Below are positions 42,001 to 48,000 of a stretch of DNA of 64,000 nucleotides, piece by piece. The DNA is from an uncultured Planctomycetales bacterium (GTDB lineage Bacteria; Omnitrophota; Gorgyraeia; Zapsychrales; Fredricksoniimonadaceae): contig CAZFNI010000010.1 in NCBI GenBank assembly GCA_964520655.1, positions 371 to 64,370 on the forward strand, in the 5' to 3' direction. The notes under the pieces are model-generated. The model did no database searches and was not told the origin of the DNA. It worked only from the letters and a program-made list of their open reading frames with translations. A program made the translations under genes and the position numbers. Within the stretch, counting starts at the first letter, position 1. Each line of letters begins with the position of its first letter.

Positions 42001-45000
42001 CGTTGGGAGCGCCGCTGGCGGTGCGCGAAAAAGGTCGGGTAAAATGGTTTGTGGAACCGGACCGTCTGGTGACCATATTATCGCAAGAACTTTCCGAATC
42101 AGAGAGAATAAGCGTTGTTGAAGCGCTTTCCGTTGTCCGCAGCTTTCTCCTTCATGAGTCACGACCGACGGAGAAAGAGGGTATTGCTGCCCAGATCACT
42201 GGGTTTATCCAGGAAGAAGAGATATCCAGAACACGTGACGCTTATGCGACGATCCAGGCGGCCGCGCGTCAGGGCGGTATCAAGACCCTGCAGCAGCTGG
42301 AGAAAAAATATCGCAAAGACCAAACCCTGATGTTCAGATTTGAACACCGTACCGCAGAAAATGTCATTATTTTGTACCGCTGGCCAACGCTCTTTGACGT
42401 ACCGGAAGTCCATAAGGTTCACAATGATATTTGGTTCAAATTCCCCAAAGAGCAGATGTCGCTTTTGCAGGTATACGCTCAGATCCAGAATTATCAGCGC
42501 GGGCATGTTGTGGCGGAAGTTTTTGATTTAAATGTCCCTGGCCGGCAGTACATTTACGCGCCGATCTGGAGCGTGCGGGTCAATGTGTCTCGTGATCTGG
42601 CCCGTCGACTGATGTTTTCTGATGTGGCAGGAACGATGTTTCAAACAGTAGATGCCTTGACCAATGACAAGACGCTTGACGGCGTCGTATCCGTTGACGG
42701 CCAATGGACGTTTAATTATGCCACGGGTCTACCGACAACCAAAGTCGCCAATCAGGACGCGGTTGCCGGGTATCTTGTCAAGGGCAAGCCGCTCAAAGGT
42801 ATTGATGATGGGTTGGTCATGACCCAGGCGTACCAGCAGCACCGCGACAGGATACGGTTCTTAAGAACATACAGCCCGATCACCGCGCTTGGCCTGCATT
42901 GGAAAAAAGGCGCGTTCAAATTTAATTTTGGTGAGATTCCCGATGGAAGATACCCTGGGGCGCATGCGATCATCATGGCCTACCCCTGGCATGATTTTAT
43001 GACCATTGGCAAAGGGCGCTTCTCTGAGAAGCTTTCCAGGGTAGTGATCGTGCCTTCGTATCGTTTTGGCATTGACCGCATCGCTTCACCGGTCGATCCG
43101 GATAAGGAAGAATTGGTCATTCGTGTCGCGGTTCCCGGGTTCAAGCAGGCCTTGCCGCGCAATAACCCGCTGCGCCGTCCTTTTGTGAAGGTTAACAAGG
43201 ATCTGATCCTCAGGAATGGGAATAATCATTACCGTGTTCCTGAGATCTTTAACATGACCGCGGTCGGACATGCCAAAGCATTGCTTAAACGGTATTTAGG
43301 GTTGGATACCATCACCTTGGCATCACTGCCTGAGCACAACGGCATGAAGCTCACCGTCGCTGTATTAGGTGACCATGAGACCCGCTCATTTAAACCGTGG
43401 ATCAATTTTGGGGTGATCAAAGCTCTGCTTAAGAACCGTCAGATCAATACGGTGGTCACCGCAACGACAGGAAATCAGGGTATCGCGCTGGCCTGGGCCG
43501 TGCGCATGCTGGCTAAGACCATGAAGAGGGAAGATCTGAAAGTGATCGTCTATGTCGGTGTTAATACGTCAGAAGCGAAGATCGCGCGCATGCGGGAGTT
43601 CGGCGCCATCGTCATTGGGGATCCTTCCCGCAACCCGGATGTTGTTTTCGAGAATTATGAAGCAGCTTATCAGGCGGCGCTTAAATTCTCCCAGATCCCC
43701 GAGATCAAGGAAAAGACATATTTTGTGGAACATGCCAACCGTGCGGCGATCTTGGGGTATGCCGCATTAGGATCAAGGGTTTTGGAGATCTTGCGTTCAC
43801 AGGATAACGCAGATCATTTGGCTATTATTGTACCCGTCGGGGCCGGAGGTCTGGCCAGCGGCTTTGCAGTTGCGTCACGATTGGAGAAAGATCCGACCAA
43901 GGTGTATATAGTCCAGACAACACGGACAAAGCATGCGTACATCTCGTTGTTGACCGGTAAGAGGGTCGTATTTGCCATGCCTCAAAGTCAAGAGTACGAC
44001 GAGAACGGCATCGACACTAAGAGTCTTGAGCCAATGGCATTAAAGACACTGCGCACTACCGCTGATGGTTTGGCGTTAGTTGACCCGACGCTGATACCTC
44101 AGACGATCGCATATTATCGCGCCCAGGGGATCATTGCTGAGGGGGCCGCGGTATTGCCATATTTGGCGCTGGAGGCCTTGAAGGAAGAATTGGCAACCAA
44201 AGGCATCACCCATGTTCTTTTGGTCGCAACCGGCAGCAATGTCAGCGATGCTGCGCAGAGTTCTCGGGACATCATGAGGCATGAAAGGGCGGCGGCACAT
44301 CGTTTGTACCAGGCCACAAGGAATTTGGAAAAGAAGCGCGCCAAGAACGGGCTGATGCCGATCGTCTCTGTTGGGGCGGCCACGTTTGAGCAGGGCAGGA
44401 GCGTGCATACGGCTTTCAATGATTTTAGCGTGCACGCTGAGGGGAATCTTGTTTTTGATGTGTTGGCCAGTCAGGTTAAGAAGGCACATCCAGCACTTCA
44501 AGAGCCATTAGACCGTCTCTATGCGCTAGTTTCAATGAGGAAGCTGTCCCGTGATCAGACGTCATTCAAACGCCTGGTCAAAATATCCGCGCAATTGGGC
44601 CATCCCATGAAGGGGCTGGATGTGATCGTGACATATGAACCTTGCCCGAGCTGCTTTAATCTCCTTTTCTCCGTCGGTGTTCGCAAGGTATTTTATATCG
44701 ACGCGCATCCTAATGATGAGTTCGCGCAAAAGCGCGGGCATGCCGGCCTTATGAAGGTACAGTTGGAAAGCTTGGCCAGGAAAAGCTTGATGAACCAAAG
44801 GTATAAGCACTTAGTGGCGCAGGACCAGATGGCATTTAGCGATGATCAGCGGGCAGCGCAGGATGTCTTTGCCAATTCATTCAGGCAATGGTTCAAAGAT
44901 CATTTGAATGCCAGCATTGCCGATGTCAGGGGGATGAAAGAACAAATCGGGAATGTTAGCGGCGCAATGTTTTGGAAGATGCCGCGCGGTGACAAGGGGA

Positions 45001-48000
45001 TGGCCTCTCTGAAGCCTGGAGTGCATTCTGGGTCATTGTCCTGGATCGATGGCTTACGATCGAATATCCGCATTCTCCACAATTGGTCCGCCGAGGAACA
45101 GATATTTGCGGCTGATCTATACCGCAGTCAGCCGGAAGTAAAGAAAGCATTTTTGAAAAATGCGCGCATCACCATGGATCTGGAAGCGTATTTAAATTCG
45201 AAAGGAATGCTCCCATTGGGGGTCATTGCCCGCCGTGAGAGCATTAGAACCAAAGTCAAGGATCTGGACCTGGGGTGGCGATGGCTTATCCGAACCGACA
45301 GTCATGAGAATGCAGAAGATGTTATTTTTAGAGTATTGACCCAGGAGCTTCCGGAGGATCAGCAGTTGACGCCGCGTGAAGCGTTGATGTTCATCGCCCA
45401 GGTCAAAGCACATGAAGAAGGAAAAAGCGAAGCGAAAGGCATTGTCCGTCAATACAGAGACATTAAGGCCCGCAATGCTGTTGAACCGAAATTGCGCATT
45501 GATCCGGTGTGGGCCAAGTCGGAGCAGATTAAGGATAGGATCAGGAAGCTTATGAATGTTCTGTGGCATGTGATCATAGGGATGGCATTTATTGCGCCGG
45601 TGATTAATTCAGAACTTTGGATCGTGGCTGCAGTGTATACGGCAGGCATGTGGCTTGCGGCTGCTTTTTGGATATTGATGTTATATTTCTCTGAGGTCCT
45701 GATGGTTATTGGCTGGGGGATCCTGGGGCTGTTTGTCTCTCCGGTGCAAGCCAAGATGGAGTTTGTTAACAGGATATTGACCGCGGCTTTTGCGGCAGCG
45801 ACCGGGATCGCGGGCTATCAGGTGTGGAATATGCCCAACGACGCCAGATCATGGCTTGTTTTGATATTTTTGGGGATCTTTACACATCGGAATCTTTCGG
45901 TGGATATCACCATCAAGCAGGATAATGATGCGCTGGACCTCACCCCCGTCTATGACTTAAGGTCAGGCAAAGAACGCAGCAACATCACCACCGCCTTTGA
46001 TAAGACCGAGGGGATCACGCTCCCCTGGATATACGGATTTAGTCCACAAGGCGGTCATACCGACGAGGACATCAACACGGCCTTACAGTATCTTAAGCGT
46101 ACAGCGCCCCGGAAAGCCTTGTTGCTTAAAACGCTGGTGGACGAAAATCGTTTGACTTTTGGGGCTGACGAAGCGTTCCACTCGGCCTGGGTGACTAAGA
46201 ATGGCCAGCAATACTTGTTGATAAGCGTGATGGAGTCCGAGGACAAGGCCAGGGCTCTGGTGCGTGCGATCGCCGGAAAAGAAGCGGTTTCAGGCTTTGA
46301 CCAGCTTAAGCGTGTAAAACAGACGATCTCCTCATCGGGAGGCGCCTTGGTCAATATCAGCAGCGGCGGGGCCATTTTAGATGTTGTCGCGGCCTATTAT
46401 GAGAACACAGATGCCGGGAAATTCAGCCGTTTCTGGTCGCTGGTTGACCAGAAGCAGATCTATATAAGCCGGCAGGTAGAGCAAACCCGATGGGAGGGCG
46501 ATGAGCTGCTGGTATCATTGTCCAATGATAAAGAACTGTCGCATGAGATCGTGGGGGCCATGGCTGTCCAAGGCGAAACAGCGCAGGGAGAGATCGATCG
46601 ATTGAGGCGGTGGCTTGAGGATCACACATCTGGCAAGGGACTAATGGCAAGTTGGGGCATGTCGGATCAGCAGATCGCTCAATTATCTTCCTGGGGCAAA
46701 GAGCAGCTGTTGAAGATATTCAAGATCGCCTGGCCGGAAGACATGGTGTTAAGTCTGCCAGCTGGGACTACGGGGAATTTGATCTGCTTTGAGCCAGTAC
46801 TCTATAAGATCAACCGTCCAGTGTTTAGCGGTGACCTGCTCTTGGTCCAAATGGCGGTCCTGGCTCAACGCAGGCGGCTGACAGGTATTATTGACGAGAA
46901 GGCGCGTTATGCCGCGGCGCTGTTGACTACGGCAGTTCCTTATTTATTAGACCTGCGTCGCGATGAGGATAGAAAGCAGGCGCTGATCACAGCCCTGGGG
47001 CCTGGGAATATGGGAGAGCAGGATACTCTGGCGACTTTTTACCGTCGGGTGTTGAACGATACGGCTTTGCAGAGGCCGGAAGATCTTCTTGTGCATCTTG
47101 CCGGAATTTTTGACTTGGATGAGGATTCCGTTGGAATGATCGGGACTGTTGACCATGCCCAGGCATCTGTAGTGCCGGGGGATAGTTTTATTGATCCCGC
47201 GCGCAGTGAGCCGCCGCTGGCCGTCTCGCATCAACCTTTGGTCATGAAGATCGCGCAGGAGCATATCCATACACATATGACCCCGTCACATTTGGATATG
47301 ATACGCGACGAGGATGGGCACGTTCAAGAGGATGCCTATACGGGAATGCGCAGGGATATTGAGAGATTCTTAAGGCAGATCGGGGATCTGCGGGCCCTGC
47401 GCATTTTTCAGGGAACGGTCATCCTCCCGTTTACGCCGGGTCTTCAGGACAGCTTGCAGGAAACGTTTTGGGGTGCATACACATTCCAGGGGTTAAACGG
47501 GACCTGGCAGAGAAACGCGGAAACATATCCAGTCATCATTGCCAATGATGCCGAATCGATCGTCCATGAGCTGTATGCTTTAAGCGGCAGGGAACATCAT
47601 CTGGCGCATGCCCATGAACAGGCGGAATATAAGGCTAAAATATTCACACAATGGCTGGAGTCACATAATGATTTTAATATTTTTTATTCCGGGCCCAAGC
47701 CGCATCGCATGGGCGCTTTAGGGTTGCTGAAAAAGATCATCCCGAGAATGGCGTCCGCATTTGCCGCCCAAGGTCAAGAGGCAAGGATTAATGTACTTTC
47801 CTGGGGAGGGGTGAGGCACCTGGAGCTTCCGGTGAGCACTGAGGGGCTGAGGGTCCTGATGTATGTGCTTGAACACAACCGCATGAATCTTAGTCAGTGG
47901 AACAATGTCCGTCTAACCCCGGATAATTTTAAGATCACTGTTGTTGCCGACCGCTTGGACACGCTCGATGCCAAAGCGTTTAAGATACACCTGAACCATT

